Assembly (NCBI GenBank): GCA_048886685.1
Contig: JBHLKM010000002.1
Coordinates: 7,532-71,531, forward strand
Direction of reading: 5' to 3'
Length of the DNA: 64,000 nucleotides
DNA from: Candidatus Hodarchaeota archaeon
GTDB taxonomy: Archaea > Asgardarchaeota > Lokiarchaeia > Sigyniarchaeales > SOKP01
The notes below the pieces were generated by a model. That model did not search any database, was not told the DNA's origin, and saw nothing but the letters and a program-made list of their open reading frames with translations. Made by a program: the position numbers and the translations under genes. Positions 1-10,870 of the stretch are shown here, piece by piece (within the stretch, counting starts at the first letter, position 1; each line of letters opens with the position of its first letter).

Positions 1-2
1 TG

Positions 3-1547
3 ACCTTTTTGAGCTAGATCAATCATAATTTTCTTTGACTTACTCCAATTATATATACCAAAATCCGTAATTATAAAAACAAGAGTCTTTCTTTCCGCTT
101 TATCACATTGCTGAACGATTTCTTTTGTTGGTAATACAGTGCCACCTCCTTGGTATCTTAACATTATTTTTTCAGCTTTCTTAAATTCTGATGTCCACTG
201 GCAAATATCGGCTCTGTTTGAAAAATTAATTACACTAAATTTTGCCCCCTTACTTGCTGCATAATGAAGTGCAGCAAATGCCGCAATTAGTGCTGTGTGA
301 TAGGGACCTCGTCCTCTTTCTATTCTCGAAGTGTAATCCCATTTCATAGAACCAGAAGAATCCAAAACAATTAATAAATCAGGGATTTGGTTTTCAACAA
401 GATGACCTGGTCCTTCTTTAAATGCCCATTTTCTAGTAGTAAGATTAGGAATAATCACTGGACTATTTAATAAAGTCTGTACGACATCTAAGTCTTCTAT
501 TTTATCTCCTATACGCCACACTTCAGGATAAACTGGTAATTGCCCACTTGGTTTTTCTTCGAGAATTCTGATTTCAATAAGATCTTTTGCTAATCCTCTA
601 TACCACGTAGCTAAAGGGATTCCATCTAATAAAATACCTGCCTGTCTGGCAGGTCCACCAAACTCAGAATATGGGATGTTTTTGGCGAATTCTTCAGCTT
701 TTTGTCTCAATTCATCTTCATTTCCTTCTTTTAATTTATCAGAATTTTTGCTCTCCAATGGATTATCCATCACTTCTAAAACATCTTGTGGGATCTCTAT
801 GAATACACCTCCTGGACTTTTTCTTTTTTCATTTCCTTTCTCACATATTCCATTTTTACCAATTAACGCAAATGTATCTAGGATTAAATTATTCAAATAT
901 CTTGCGAGAGTAGATACTTTTTTCTCCCATGTGAATTCATCTTCAAGATCTTTTAGAATAGCTTTAGACACCTTTTCAGTCAAAGGATCCATATCTTTTA
1001 GTGTATCATCGTTTAATATGTTAACATTCCACATTTTCTCATAAGCTCGAAATAGGAATTTTGTAAAATCACTTACCTTACCTTTATTTTTAATATGGTC
1101 GTAGGTAAATTTTACCTCCCAAGTTATCAAATCTGGGTATTTCTTATAGAGCTTATAATCAATAATAAGATCAGCAAAGACATTTACTACTATGGGAGCA
1201 TAATTTTGATTTACATATTCCATTGCTGCTCGAAGTAATTTAGCATTAGTCAAACCATCATATGGGATAATCTGATAATGTGAAACTTCGTGGAGAGAGA
1301 CTATATAGAAGTAATCGATATATTCCTGATCATCTTTGAATAATGGTGTATTAGCAAGGTTCATTGTTATTTCCCATTGATTTTCAGTATCTATATAAAA
1401 TCCTTCTAAATGAGTATAATCAAAAACAAAATTAGGTTCACTTAAGGGAGGGTAATAAAATTCAGCAAGTGCATTATTAAATGCGATTTTGGCTAGTTTT
1501 TTAATTGATTTCTCTTTATTATTTAAATCTCTACTTTTAGCTTTCAA
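3..1547 (-). CDS. VWA domain-containing protein (likely MoxR partner), 3' end runs off the window
   Basis: Not in the ORF track. Manual translation of parts of the minus strand gives LKAKSRDL...FYYPPLSEPNF from a TTG at 1547 and the MIDAS motif PDLLIVLDSSGSM near 350-385, then VINFS, YQGGGT and LVFIITD. Confidence 0.85.
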   Translation of the reverse strand, partial: MKAKSRDLNNKEKSIKKLAKIAFNNALAEFYYPPLSEPNFVFDYTHLEGFYIDTENQWEITMNLANTPLFKDDQEYIDYFYIVSLHEVSHYQIIPYDGLTNAKLLRAAMEYVNQNYAPIVVNVFADLIIDYKLYKKYPDLITWEVKFTYDHIKNKGKVSDFTKFLFRAYEKMWNVNILNDDTLKDMDPLTEKVSKAILKDLEDEFTWEKKVSTLARYLNNLILDTFALIGKNGICEKGNEKRKSPGGVFIEIPQDVLEVMDNPLESKNSDKLKEGNEDELRQKAEEFAKNIPYSEFGGPARQAGILLDGIPLATWYRGLAKDLIEIRILEEKPSGQLPVYPEVWRIGDKIEDLDVVQTLLNSPVIIPNLTTRKWAFKEGPGHLVENQIPDLLIVLDSSGSMKWDYTSRIERGRGPYHTALIAAFAALHYAASKGAKFSVINFSNRADICQWTSEFKKAEKIMLRYQGGGTVLPTKEIVQQCDKAERKTLVFIITDFGIYNWSKSKKIMIDLAQKG

Positions 1548-1609
1548 TTCTTTTATCTGATTTATTTTTATGTTCTTTTCTAATTAAATTACTTATTCTC
1601 ATATATAAA

Positions 1610-3394
1610 TTAATCCTCATGTCGGAATTGTAATTTGTACAGGGTATAAAACTCTCCTTTCTGTGCAAGAAGTTCGTCAAAGGTCCCTTCTTCAATAATT
1701 TTCCCTCTTTCAAGTACGATGATCCTATCCGCAGCTCGAACGGTACTTAGTCGGTGGGCAATAATTATGGACGTTCGATTCTCAAGCATTTTGGATAACG
1801 CTCGCTGGATGCGGAGTTCTGCTTGGGGATCAATTGAAGAGGTCGCTTCATCTAACAAAATAATCTTTGGATTTGTGATGAGAGCACGAGCAAAGGAAAT
1901 TAATTGTCGCTGTCCCAGAGAAAGCCAGCCACCCCTCTCTCCCACCTTGGTATCAAGTCCGTTAGGTAAATCATAAACAAACTCAGCACTAATTAATTTC
2001 AAAACATTTCTAATTTCTTCATTTGAAGCCTCCTTTCCGTAACATAAATTGTATCGAACCGATTCTGAGAACAGAAATGGTTCTTGTAGAACGACTCCTA
2101 TGGATTTCCGTAGAGAGGAAAGTGTCACGTCTCTGATATCCTGTCCATCAATTTGAATTGAACCTTCTTGAATATCATATAATCTCGAGATGAGGCTTAT
2201 AAGTGTTGTTTTTCCTGAACCAGTCTCTCCAACAATCGCAATGCATTCATTTGGTTGGATAGAGAGGTCGAAATTATCTAGTACCATTGATTCACCTTCA
2301 CCATAAGAAAACGTAGCCTTATTAAGGTCTATTTTTCCAGAATGACAATCTAATGGTTTAGCGTCAACATTTTTAGTTATTAATAAGGGAGTATCAAGTA
2401 AAATGATAATTCGCTCAAATGCCGAAAAAGAAGTCTGAATAAGGCCATATAACCCTGCAATAATCATTAATGGCTCGAGAAATGAATTGAGATATAAGAT
2501 AAAAAGAACAAGGCTTCCTACCGTCAGAGCACCTTGTGTTTGCAGCGTCATACTCCCTCCAACAAATAAAACTAAAACAATTGTCAACTTAGTATAGGTC
2601 TCATAGAATGGACTAAAAATACTACTCCAACGAAAAGCAGTTAATCCTTTTTGATAATATTCTTCATTTAATTCATCAAAATCTAGACGATTATATTCAT
2701 ATCGTGCGAAAGATTGTGAAACTCGTGCTCCAGAAATTTCTTCTGCCATTGAGGAAATATATTTTGCATTAAATTCTCTATATTCATCCCATTTCTTTCG
2801 AACAAAACGTCGTTGAAAAATTGCGAATATAATAATAACCGGGAAGAGAGATATTGTAAGAAGTGTTAATGGAAGAGAAATTGACAAGCAGACGATAAGA
2901 CCTCCTATTACCATAAAAAGGGATGAGAATGCCATCATAAACTCCCCAGAAAGTATAGGCTGAATGGAAGCAATGTCACTTGTCATACGAGCTAGTGAAT
3001 CACCCGCTGGCGTTTTGTCAAAATATTCCATACTAATATCTTGTAGTTTCTCATAAGTATCTCTTCTCAAATCATGAATCGTTTTTTCCCCGGCAATAAA
3101 GAGAAGCCACCTTTGAACATACATCGGGATAATACGTAGAATTACCACAACAAGATACAGAAACCCGACTATTAAAAACTCCGCTCTCTTTCTTTGAGTT
3201 ATATAATTGTCGAGAATTATCTTTATCATGTATGGTCCTAACGCAAAAAAAATGGTTTGGATAATCATCATTATTAGCGCAATCGACATCAGTTTCTTGT
3301 GAATAAAGAGATATTTCAGCATCCTTTTTATTAAAATTTTGTCAGGGATGGTTCTTTTGTAATTTTTTTCGTCAATTTCCATCTTATGTTTCAT
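1610..3394 (-). CDS. Heterodimeric ABC exporter subunit (TMD+NBD), consensus catalytic residues
   Basis: N-terminal TM domain; Walker A GETGSGKTT, signature LSLGQRQ, Walker B LLDEATS, H-switch AHR. Confidence 0.95.
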   Translation of the reverse strand: MKHKMEIDEKNYKRTIPDKILIKRMLKYLFIHKKLMSIALIMMIIQTIFFALGPYMIKIILDNYITQRKRAEFLIVGFLYLVVVILRIIPMYVQRWLLFIAGEKTIHDLRRDTYEKLQDISMEYFDKTPAGDSLARMTSDIASIQPILSGEFMMAFSSLFMVIGGLIVCLSISLPLTLLTISLFPVIIIFAIFQRRFVRKKWDEYREFNAKYISSMAEEISGARVSQSFARYEYNRLDFDELNEEYYQKGLTAFRWSSIFSPFYETYTKLTIVLVLFVGGSMTLQTQGALTVGSLVLFILYLNSFLEPLMIIAGLYGLIQTSFSAFERIIILLDTPLLITKNVDAKPLDCHSGKIDLNKATFSYGEGESMVLDNFDLSIQPNECIAIVGETGSGKTTLISLISRLYDIQEGSIQIDGQDIRDVTLSSLRKSIGVVLQEPFLFSESVRYNLCYGKEASNEEIRNVLKLISAEFVYDLPNGLDTKVGERGGWLSLGQRQLISFARALITNPKIILLDEATSSIDPQAELRIQRALSKMLENRTSIIIAHRLSTVRAADRIIVLERGKIIEEGTFDELLAQKGEFYTLYKLQFRHED

Positions 3395-5192
3395 CCTCCA
3401 CTTCTTCTATTAATTCAAGATCTAAAACACCATCAACTTGCGTATCAAAAAGACGTTTATATATGCCATTCTTAGAGAGCAAGTCTGTATGTGTTCCTTG
3501 CTCTGCAATAGTTCCTTTATCCATTATTACAATCCAGTCTGAAAATTTTATTGTTGAGAGACGTTGAGTAATAAAAATTGTAGTTCTATTCTCTAACAAT
3601 GCTTCTAAAGCATCTTGTATTTTTCTCTCCGTTTTGATATCGACTGAAGAAAGTGCGTCATCAAAGATTACAATTAATGGATCTGCGAGAAGAGCACGAG
3701 CAATAGAGAGGCGTTGTCTCTGACCTCCACTTAAAGTTATTCCTCGTTCTCCAATTACAGTATTGTATCCATTGGGAAGACTTTCAATGAACTCGTGAAT
3801 TTGAGATACCTTTGCCACATGAATGATCTCTTCTTTTGTAGCCATCGGATTCCCAAATGCGATATTTTCTCTGATACTCCTAGAGAAAAGAAATGTTTCT
3901 TGATCACAAAAACCAATTTTTTTCCGCATTGATTCCAACTTCAAGTTCCGAACATCAACTTCATCTATTTTTACTGCCCCTTTCGTAACATCATAGAATC
4001 TCGGGATCAGATTGATCAATGAACTCTTTCCTGAACCAGTTCCACCCAAAAGGGCTATAGTACTTCCCGCTGGAATCAATAATGTAATTCCTTCTAATAC
4101 CGGTTCGTCCTTATAGCCAAAACTCACGTTCTCAAATCTAATTTCACCTTTTCCATCATTTGGATGGTTAATCGCCCCTGGATCGTCCATTATTACCGGA
4201 ATGTTTTCAATTACCTGAAAAATCCTCGTTCCTAGAGCTTGGCCTTGACCTAATACAACTCCAAGACGGGTTATATGATTAATTGGCACGAAAAGACGCC
4301 CTGAGAGCATTATAGATGCAATAAGAACTCCCGCCGTCATTTCGTCGTTCATGACTAATGTTCCCCCCAATAGTATTACAGTTGAAACCATAATCCCCCC
4401 GATTAAAAGCATTTGAGGCCAAATTGCAGCCCCATACTTATGTGCTTTAATCATAAAATCCCTGTATTGAGAATTATCTCTATCAAACCGCGTTAGATCT
4501 TTTTCTCTCGCGTCAAATACACGTGAAACTATTGCTCCTGCGATATTTTCCTGCATTACTTTATTTAGCATGCCGATTTGCTTTCGAGCGTCAAAATATA
4601 ATGGCCAAAAATTTTTTTTAAAATGCCTTGTCGTAAACCACATTATTGGTAGAAATAGTAAGCAGATGATTCCTAATAATAAATTAATAATAAATAACAA
4701 TGATAATAGTACAGTAAATTCAACAATCATCAACGTACCATTAATGGGTATTGCAAAGAAAAAATCTGCAACTATCCCTATATCGGAGGTGGACCTTGAA
4801 ATAATTTCACCTGTACTATGTTCACCAAAATATTTATGAGATTGTCGTTGAAGAGAGTCAAATACTTCTTCCCGGAGTCTTTTAAATATACCTTGATGTA
4901 AATTCCCAACAAAAAAAAAAGCAAGACCTTGAGCTAGGAATCCAGATAAAGCGATAAAGATAAGAAGCATTAAGTATAACAAAACCTTTTTATTAACCAT
5001 TTCGAGATTTTCTAAGCTCTCGTATATCACATCGAATGCAAGACCTGTAATATATGGTGTAATTGACCATACAAGTCCCCACGTAGCTGTACATGCTAAT
5101 GTTAAAAGTAGGGTAGGTTTTTTGGATAAAAAATACCGGAACATTTTCCTTAAGGTGTTTGGTTTTTTCTTATCTTTTTTTATCTTTCTCAC
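3384..5192 (-). CDS. Heterodimeric ABC exporter subunit (TMD+NBD), degenerate site
   Basis: Walker A GGTGSGKSS, LSGGQRQR, Walker B IFDDALS (E to D), switch TQR (H to Q): the TM287/288-type degenerate subunit. Overlaps its partner gene. Confidence 0.95.
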   Translation of the reverse strand: MRKIKKDKKKPNTLRKMFRYFLSKKPTLLLTLACTATWGLVWSITPYITGLAFDVIYESLENLEMVNKKVLLYLMLLIFIALSGFLAQGLAFFFVGNLHQGIFKRLREEVFDSLQRQSHKYFGEHSTGEIISRSTSDIGIVADFFFAIPINGTLMIVEFTVLLSLLFIINLLLGIICLLFLPIMWFTTRHFKKNFWPLYFDARKQIGMLNKVMQENIAGAIVSRVFDAREKDLTRFDRDNSQYRDFMIKAHKYGAAIWPQMLLIGGIMVSTVILLGGTLVMNDEMTAGVLIASIMLSGRLFVPINHITRLGVVLGQGQALGTRIFQVIENIPVIMDDPGAINHPNDGKGEIRFENVSFGYKDEPVLEGITLLIPAGSTIALLGGTGSGKSSLINLIPRFYDVTKGAVKIDEVDVRNLKLESMRKKIGFCDQETFLFSRSIRENIAFGNPMATKEEIIHVAKVSQIHEFIESLPNGYNTVIGERGITLSGGQRQRLSIARALLADPLIVIFDDALSSVDIKTERKIQDALEALLENRTTIFITQRLSTIKFSDWIVIMDKGTIAEQGTHTDLLSKNGIYKRLFDTQVDGVLDLELIEEVEDET

Positions 5193-5396
5193 CCTCTTTC
5201 AAAGCTTTTTATTAGTTGGGTAAATATAATCATGTACAAACCCTTATTTAAATCATACCTATGGATCTGTAGTTAATTTCAACATATTTCAACATACCTT
5301 ATCAAAAAGGCTAAAGTTTTTAAGCTATGTTTTATTCTTGTTATTTAAGACGTAAATCTTATTGTATTTCCCAATTATATTATAATTCATCCTTCG

Positions 5397-7124
5397 CTAT
5401 TCTTGCTTTTGGATGTAGTTTAAATTATCCAATAATGATCTTAATTTCAGAGCCTCCGATCCTCCAGAAATTTGAATATTAACCAAAGAATCCTCTTTAG
5501 TCCCAGTAACATTGATTTCTATTAGGAGATCTTCAGTACGAATTTGTTTAGTCTGTCGTTGATTAAATGCATCCTTAAGAGGTTGGTCTAAATCCGAAAA
5601 TTCGGCAGCAATATCTGCCCAAACATCTTTCCAATAAGAGAATTTGATTATATAATCGGTAACAGTTTGTTTAAAAAGTTCATGATTACACCATTCGATT
5701 AAATCTCCTCTATTTGGAAAGTCTATTTTTTCCAAAAGATTATTTCTTATTTCCGCTAATTTATTTATATCCCCTTTCTTAGCCGCATTTTTTATCTCTT
5801 GAGCGAGAGGAGGGTAAGTTTTATTATTAACTGAGTTTACAAACGGGATTAAATCAAATTTCACTATTAAATCATTTTTCTCAAATTTCTTTAATTCTGT
5901 TAAGTCAGATTCTTTAGAATTTCCTTCTCGAAATCGTTCAGTAATTTCATAGCATATTTCGCGATTTTTAAAGCGTTTCTGAATTAAATTTAACATATTT
6001 TTGGAAAATTCATATTTATTTCCAAAATAAGGAGCTTTATCTAATTCTCTTTTAACATAGACTGCCCGATGTGAAATAACGTAAGGGGCAGTAGTATTAA
6101 CAATATTGACATCAACTATACTAATTCTTAATAACCAAGCTAATGCTTTTGAGTATCTCAATAAATCTTTTGCCACTCTTACACTTAAAATTGTATCAAT
6201 TTTATTACATATGTTTTGGGCTGTATTAAAATGACAACCAGAACATAATCCTGTGCTTGGTTTTAAATCTTCAGTATTTCCTTTGTCAACTCTTGAACAT
6301 AAAGTAAATTCTCTTATTATAGCATGAATGTAATTATTTACTTCTGGAGAAAAAGGTATTTTATTAACATAGTACCAAATTTCCATTAATTCGTCAATAG
6401 TCAAAATTTTAGGAACTTGGATTAATTCGTCAAAACCAGAATACTTTTCGTCTTTCCCTGCTAAAATCAATTGTAAATCATGACTCGCTGGCATTGCAAT
6501 TGGAACTGATATTCCAAATCTATCTAGAAATGGTTGAGATAATTCAAATGTCCCAATGTCGTTTGGATTTATTGTTGCAAATAAGCAGTATTTATTTATT
6601 GTTGTAATAGAATCATAATATTTTACCGTACCTTCAGCAAGAAGGGATAAGAGTATATCTTGAGCATAAGGAGTAAGTCGATTTACTTCATCAATAATTT
6701 TCCAAAAATTTGTTACAAATTGTCTCCACACAACTTCTTCCTCACCGTCTTTCATTAATTTTCCTAATTTTAACGTACCGATGAGTTTTTCTTCAGTTAG
6801 TTGTGGATGACCTCGGATAATCGAACTCTCAATTTCATTGAGTGGCGTTGCGGTAAACATCCTTCCCAGAAGCTTTACTAAAGTAGTTTTACCTCCACCA
6901 TGACCTCCTATTAAGAGCATAGCTGAATTAGGGACTATCGCATTTAATATACATAAAGTCAATATTTCAGGTAAAAATCTTGATTGAATTTTCTTACTCT
7001 TTTCAGTAGAATGCTTAATATTCAATTCTTTATGATGAACAAAAAGTTGGTTAGCTTGAATTAAATTGATAACTTTCCAAATCTTTTTTCTTAAGATATC
7101 TTCCTCTCCTAAATTTGTCGGCAT
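5397..7124 (-). CDS. MoxR-like AAA+ ATPase
   Basis: GGHGGGKTT, IIDEVNR, ATINPND and PFLDRF motifs; VWA gene downstream on the same strand. Confidence 0.88.
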   Translation of the reverse strand: MPTNLGEEDILRKKIWKVINLIQANQLFVHHKELNIKHSTEKSKKIQSRFLPEILTLCILNAIVPNSAMLLIGGHGGGKTTLVKLLGRMFTATPLNEIESSIIRGHPQLTEEKLIGTLKLGKLMKDGEEEVVWRQFVTNFWKIIDEVNRLTPYAQDILLSLLAEGTVKYYDSITTINKYCLFATINPNDIGTFELSQPFLDRFGISVPIAMPASHDLQLILAGKDEKYSGFDELIQVPKILTIDELMEIWYYVNKIPFSPEVNNYIHAIIREFTLCSRVDKGNTEDLKPSTGLCSGCHFNTAQNICNKIDTILSVRVAKDLLRYSKALAWLLRISIVDVNIVNTTAPYVISHRAVYVKRELDKAPYFGNKYEFSKNMLNLIQKRFKNREICYEITERFREGNSKESDLTELKKFEKNDLIVKFDLIPFVNSVNNKTYPPLAQEIKNAAKKGDINKLAEIRNNLLEKIDFPNRGDLIEWCNHELFKQTVTDYIIKFSYWKDVWADIAAEFSDLDQPLKDAFNQRQTKQIRTEDLLIEINVTGTKEDSLVNIQISGGSEALKLRSLLDNLNYIQKQE

Positions 7125-7189
7125 ATGACTATTCTCTTAAGATTTTCAATATTAAATAAGAAGCAGTTTGGGTATATAATTTTTTTGGA

Positions 7190-7882
7190 TTATAATTTAA
7201 GGATTTTATCCAACCTTTCGATAATATAATCTGGCTGGAACTCCCATCCATTTATTTCTTTTTGATACCTCAATGTACCTCGCGTTATCAGACATGCAGA
7301 AATATTCGCCTTTTTTGCAGCTAGGATATCCGCAATAGAATCTCCAATCATTAAAGCTTTATGTATATTTTGATCATACTGAAATTTCTTTAAAATTGAT
7401 AAAATCCCACTAGGCGATGGTTTTGCAGATTTCTGGTCATTTTTAAATCCCATACTAAAAATTTCTTGAAAAAAAGGAGCGATGTTAAACTTTTTTAATA
7501 CATAATCCACGACATAATTTGCAGTATTAGTCACAATACCCATTTTCTTGCCATCTTTATGATTATGAATTCTTTCTAATACAAGTTTAACATCATCAAA
7601 TAGAGCTAATTTTTTTTCATTAAATAGAGCTTTTCTTTGCTTAAAGTCGACTTTATCAAATTGCTTCCAAAAGGTTTGAGCTTTAGAAGCCCCCCATGTA
7701 TTCAATAATTCGAGATAATTGTCTCCAACAGACCAAAATTTTAATCTTTCATCCTTATCAGGTGTTTTAGGAACTTTTAATTTTTTAAGTGTTTTCACAA
7801 AAATTTGATCCACATAAGCCCCAATATTCCCGAGGTTGAGTAATGTGCCATCTAGATCGAATAAATAAAAATCAAACTTCAT
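7190..7882 (-). CDS. HAD-superfamily hydrolase (phosphoglycolate phosphatase-like)
   Basis: FDLDGTL, VTN, KPSP and MIGDS..DI motifs. Confidence 0.9.
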   Translation of the reverse strand: MKFDFYLFDLDGTLLNLGNIGAYVDQIFVKTLKKLKVPKTPDKDERLKFWSVGDNYLELLNTWGASKAQTFWKQFDKVDFKQRKALFNEKKLALFDDVKLVLERIHNHKDGKKMGIVTNTANYVVDYVLKKFNIAPFFQEIFSMGFKNDQKSAKPSPSGILSILKKFQYDQNIHKALMIGDSIADILAAKKANISACLITRGTLRYQKEINGWEFQPDYIIERLDKILKL

Positions 7883-7903
7883 AAGACAAAACTTAATAGT
7901 AAT

Positions 7904-8257
7904 TTAAAAATACCCTATGTGACCTAAATCATTTTTATTTTCATCTAAAGCATAAACCATGCCCATTGATAAAGGTTCTTCATTATTTTCTTTAGTGGAT
8001 TTAGCTACTTTTTTTAAAATCACTAATTTTAAAATGAATACTCCATTGCATTTTTTACATTTTATATAAATTTCTTTTGTCTGTTTCTTTTCATCCTCAT
8101 ATTCTTCTTTTTTTAAAGGTTCCAATAAATTAGGATTCTCATTATCACAATTTTTTAAAAAACATTGATCTAACGATATTTTTTCCATCCCACGACGTGC
8201 AAGTGCAATAAATGCATAACTTGGAATTTCTTCTCTTAACTTTTCAATATCAGTCAT
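7904..8257 (-). CDS. Hypothetical protein, possible Zn-binding
   Basis: 117 aa ORF with CFLKNC and CKKC pairs, co-oriented with the HAD gene. Confidence 0.7.
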   Translation of the reverse strand: MTDIEKLREEIPSYAFIALARRGMEKISLDQCFLKNCDNENPNLLEPLKKEEYEDEKKQTKEIYIKCKKCNGVFILKLVILKKVAKSTKENNEEPLSMGMVYALDENKNDLGHIGYF

Positions 8258-8412
8258 ATTTAAGGTAAAAAGTTGTTTTAATTAATTGTTATTGTTATAT
8301 TAAATAGAATTTATCTGAAGAAATATTATTTGTATTAGATAAAGTATATGTCTAAATTTAAAAATAGTTAAGCTTAATTAACTTTTATTTTTATATTTAA
8401 TTGAGTTAAGCT

Positions 8413-8718
8413 ATGTCTAAGAAAGAAGAACTTTCAAAACAAACAATTGAACACCTCTCTAAATTAGCATTATTAGATATATCCGAGGAAGAAAAAGAAC
8501 AACTTTCAAAACAGCTCGGGGATATTCTTGATTACTTTAAAAAATTGAATGATATAGATACAGATAATGTTAAACCTACAACCCATCCAATAGAAGGATT
8601 ATCCAATGTTTTCAGAGAGGATGAGCCTTGGGAATCTCTTTCAAATGAAGAGGCTACCAAAAATACTAAATATAAACAAGATGGATATTTTAAAGCCCCT
8701 AGGATATTAAAAAAATAG
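8413..8718 (+). CDS. gatC: Asp-tRNA(Asn)/Glu-tRNA(Gln) amidotransferase subunit C
   Basis: HLSKLALL...ILDYFKKL..IDT..V.PT, NVFREDEP and GYFKAPRI motifs. Confidence 0.95.
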   Translation: MSKKEELSKQTIEHLSKLALLDISEEEKEQLSKQLGDILDYFKKLNDIDTDNVKPTTHPIEGLSNVFREDEPWESLSNEEATKNTKYKQDGYFKAPRILKK

Positions 8719-8731
8719 AGGAGAATTATTC

Positions 8732-9724
8732 CTACTTTTTGTACTCATCTGTTAATTTTCTTATTGCTTCTGCCATGTCTCTAAGTGCTTGTCTTCTTTC
8801 TCCGGGATTTAGATTATTAAAATCTTCCCCCATATCTGTACCAATGGTAGAAGCCATAACCTGAAATTTCTTGTAAACTAATCCCCCTATATAGCGATCA
8901 TAATAAGCTAATGCCTTTTCTAATTTAGAATCGGTTTTGATTTCTTCCCAAAGCTCTAATGTTTCTAAAGATTTAATGCCTAAATCTATTCGAAACCAGC
9001 TAATTGGAAATAACAATTGTCTTTCAATCCCTAAATCAATGATAGCAAGATTCTCTTCGTCGATATATAATTCTGGAATCATATCTTCTTTAAAGACGAT
9101 ATTGTCACTCATTATGTAAAGATTAGCTGCTCCCCGAGAAGTACATACGATACCAGTGGCAAAACCTTTAGCCATTCTCAAATTATCCGCATAATCTTCT
9201 AATTTTGTGCCGTTTAAATGTAGATTTACTCTTTTACTACCTTGAAATTCTAATTTAATTCTACTGCTACCTTTTACATCAAATAGGATTTTCGGAAATA
9301 ACTCATCTTCTCGTGTTTTCTTATGAGCATCGAGTAATTTATTAATTATTTGATAATCTAATTTTAATCCTGGAATAATGGTATTCTGATTAAGAAATGC
9401 ATCAACTTCAAAATCCACAATACCATAGAAGAGTTTCTGATTATTCATAATGTTATAAATACTGTCTACAATAGTTTGAACTAAAGCTTTGGGATCCTCG
9501 CGAACAGAATCATATTCCTTAGTTTCAAACGTATCTATTTGGTCTTCCAACCCCTCCTCCTGATAAAATGCCCCCCAACTTAATTCACTGAAAATAGATC
9601 CCTCAGAATATAAATTGTGATTCTGATCGATACTTAAAATACTTTTAGAGCCTCCAAGTTCAACTCCTAATTTGGATCCAGAGGCTAATATCGCGGAGGG
9701 GGGATTATAAAATTCAATCGGCAA
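8732..9724 (-). CDS. Hypothetical protein
   Basis: 330 aa ORF with TTG start; no family recognised. Confidence 0.75.
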   Translation of the reverse strand: MPIEFYNPPSAILASGSKLGVELGGSKSILSIDQNHNLYSEGSIFSELSWGAFYQEEGLEDQIDTFETKEYDSVREDPKALVQTIVDSIYNIMNNQKLFYGIVDFEVDAFLNQNTIIPGLKLDYQIINKLLDAHKKTREDELFPKILFDVKGSSRIKLEFQGSKRVNLHLNGTKLEDYADNLRMAKGFATGIVCTSRGAANLYIMSDNIVFKEDMIPELYIDEENLAIIDLGIERQLLFPISWFRIDLGIKSLETLELWEEIKTDSKLEKALAYYDRYIGGLVYKKFQVMASTIGTDMGEDFNNLNPGERRQALRDMAEAIRKLTDEYKK

Positions 9725-9974
9725 TTATTAACAATCTCAGTTTTTATTATATCTTTCAATTGACTATAGATAGAAATTATATAAATAATTAGTGGAATCT
9801 CTAGTAAGAAACTATAAAGAATGTTTTTATTATTTAGATGATATGTATTTAAATCTCAAAGTTAAGTTCTCATTTATCACTTGTATACCTTTTTAGTAAT
9901 AACATCTTTTAACCTAAAATCGAAAATACAAAACGGAAAAAAAATAATTCTTATTCTATTAAGAAATTTTTGAA

Positions 9975-10187
9975 CTAAAACTCTTTTACCAGTTCAATTT
10001 CTGCTGAAAATCCAGGAATCATTCCTTCATAATCAACTAATCCTTTTTCTTTCAATTTCTTTAAAATCAACCGTACTCCTTCGAATTCATCTTGACAAAG
10101 AGTTTGTAATTCTTTATAATTTAGCCTACCTTCGTTTTCTTTAAGTTTTTCAATTATGAATTCTTCTTCATGAGTTAATTCTGACAT
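9975..10187 (-). CDS. Small winged-helix protein
   Basis: 70 aa with a wHTH-like pattern LT.EE..IIE.L...LNYKEL...VRLILKKLKEKGLV. Confidence 0.7.
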   Translation of the reverse strand: MSELTHEEEFIIEKLKENEGRLNYKELQTLCQDEFEGVRLILKKLKEKGLVDYEGMIPGFSAEIELVKEF

Positions 10188-10240
10188 AATCTCAATTTTA
10201 TAATTTAATTGATATGAAAATTAAATAATATTTTTAATAT

Positions 10241-10750
10241 TTATCTCTTACCTGTAGAACCAAAACCACCTAACCCTCTTTCGGACTCAGGTAATTTTTC
10301 TGTTTCAGTAAATTCATATTCGTGAATCTTGGATAATATAATTTGACAAATGCGTTCCTTTTTTTTCAGAGTAACTTCCTTATTTGATAAATTAACAATA
10401 ATTGCCATCCATTCATTTCTATAACCAGAATCTATTGTACCTGGAGAATTTACAATAGATAATCCTTCCCATAGAGCTAAACCGCTTCTGGGAACAACTT
10501 TAAAATAATAACCTTCAGGGATAGCTGTCGCAAATCCCAGTTGACACCCTATTCTCTCTAAAGGTTTTAAAGTATAAGAGTCTGCTTCAATATCTAATAA
10601 TTCTCTTTTGTTTTCTTCAGTAATTATCTTTTTAAATCCCATTATTCTTGCATCAGCCCCAGCATCACCTAGTTTAGATGGTTTTGGAATTATTACATCC
10701 TTATTTATTTTCTTAACTGGGATTAACAATTTCTTTGTTTTTCCACTCAT
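10241..10750 (-). CDS. dut: dUTP diphosphatase (trimeric)
   Basis: AGAD, PRSGLA, GTIDSGYR, RICQ and RGLGGFGSTG motifs. Confidence 0.96.
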   Translation of the reverse strand: MSGKTKKLLIPVKKINKDVIIPKPSKLGDAGADARIMGFKKIITEENKRELLDIEADSYTLKPLERIGCQLGFATAIPEGYYFKVVPRSGLALWEGLSIVNSPGTIDSGYRNEWMAIIVNLSNKEVTLKKKERICQIILSKIHEYEFTETEKLPESERGLGGFGSTGKR

Positions 10751-10870
10751 TGTATATCATTCATAATTGTTCTGAATTCTAAAAAATATTTCTTATTAAA
10801 TAATAATTAAATTTGAATAGAAAAAAAATCTTATACAATCATTCATTTAAACTCAATATCAATTTTACCA

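Noticed and set aside
676-1044. 122 aa plus-strand ORF, and similar short track ORFs such as 1719, 4570, 13670, 22742, 27360, 42823 and 57546
   Set aside because: Antisense shadows of well-supported genes; 676-1044 lies opposite the VWA gene.
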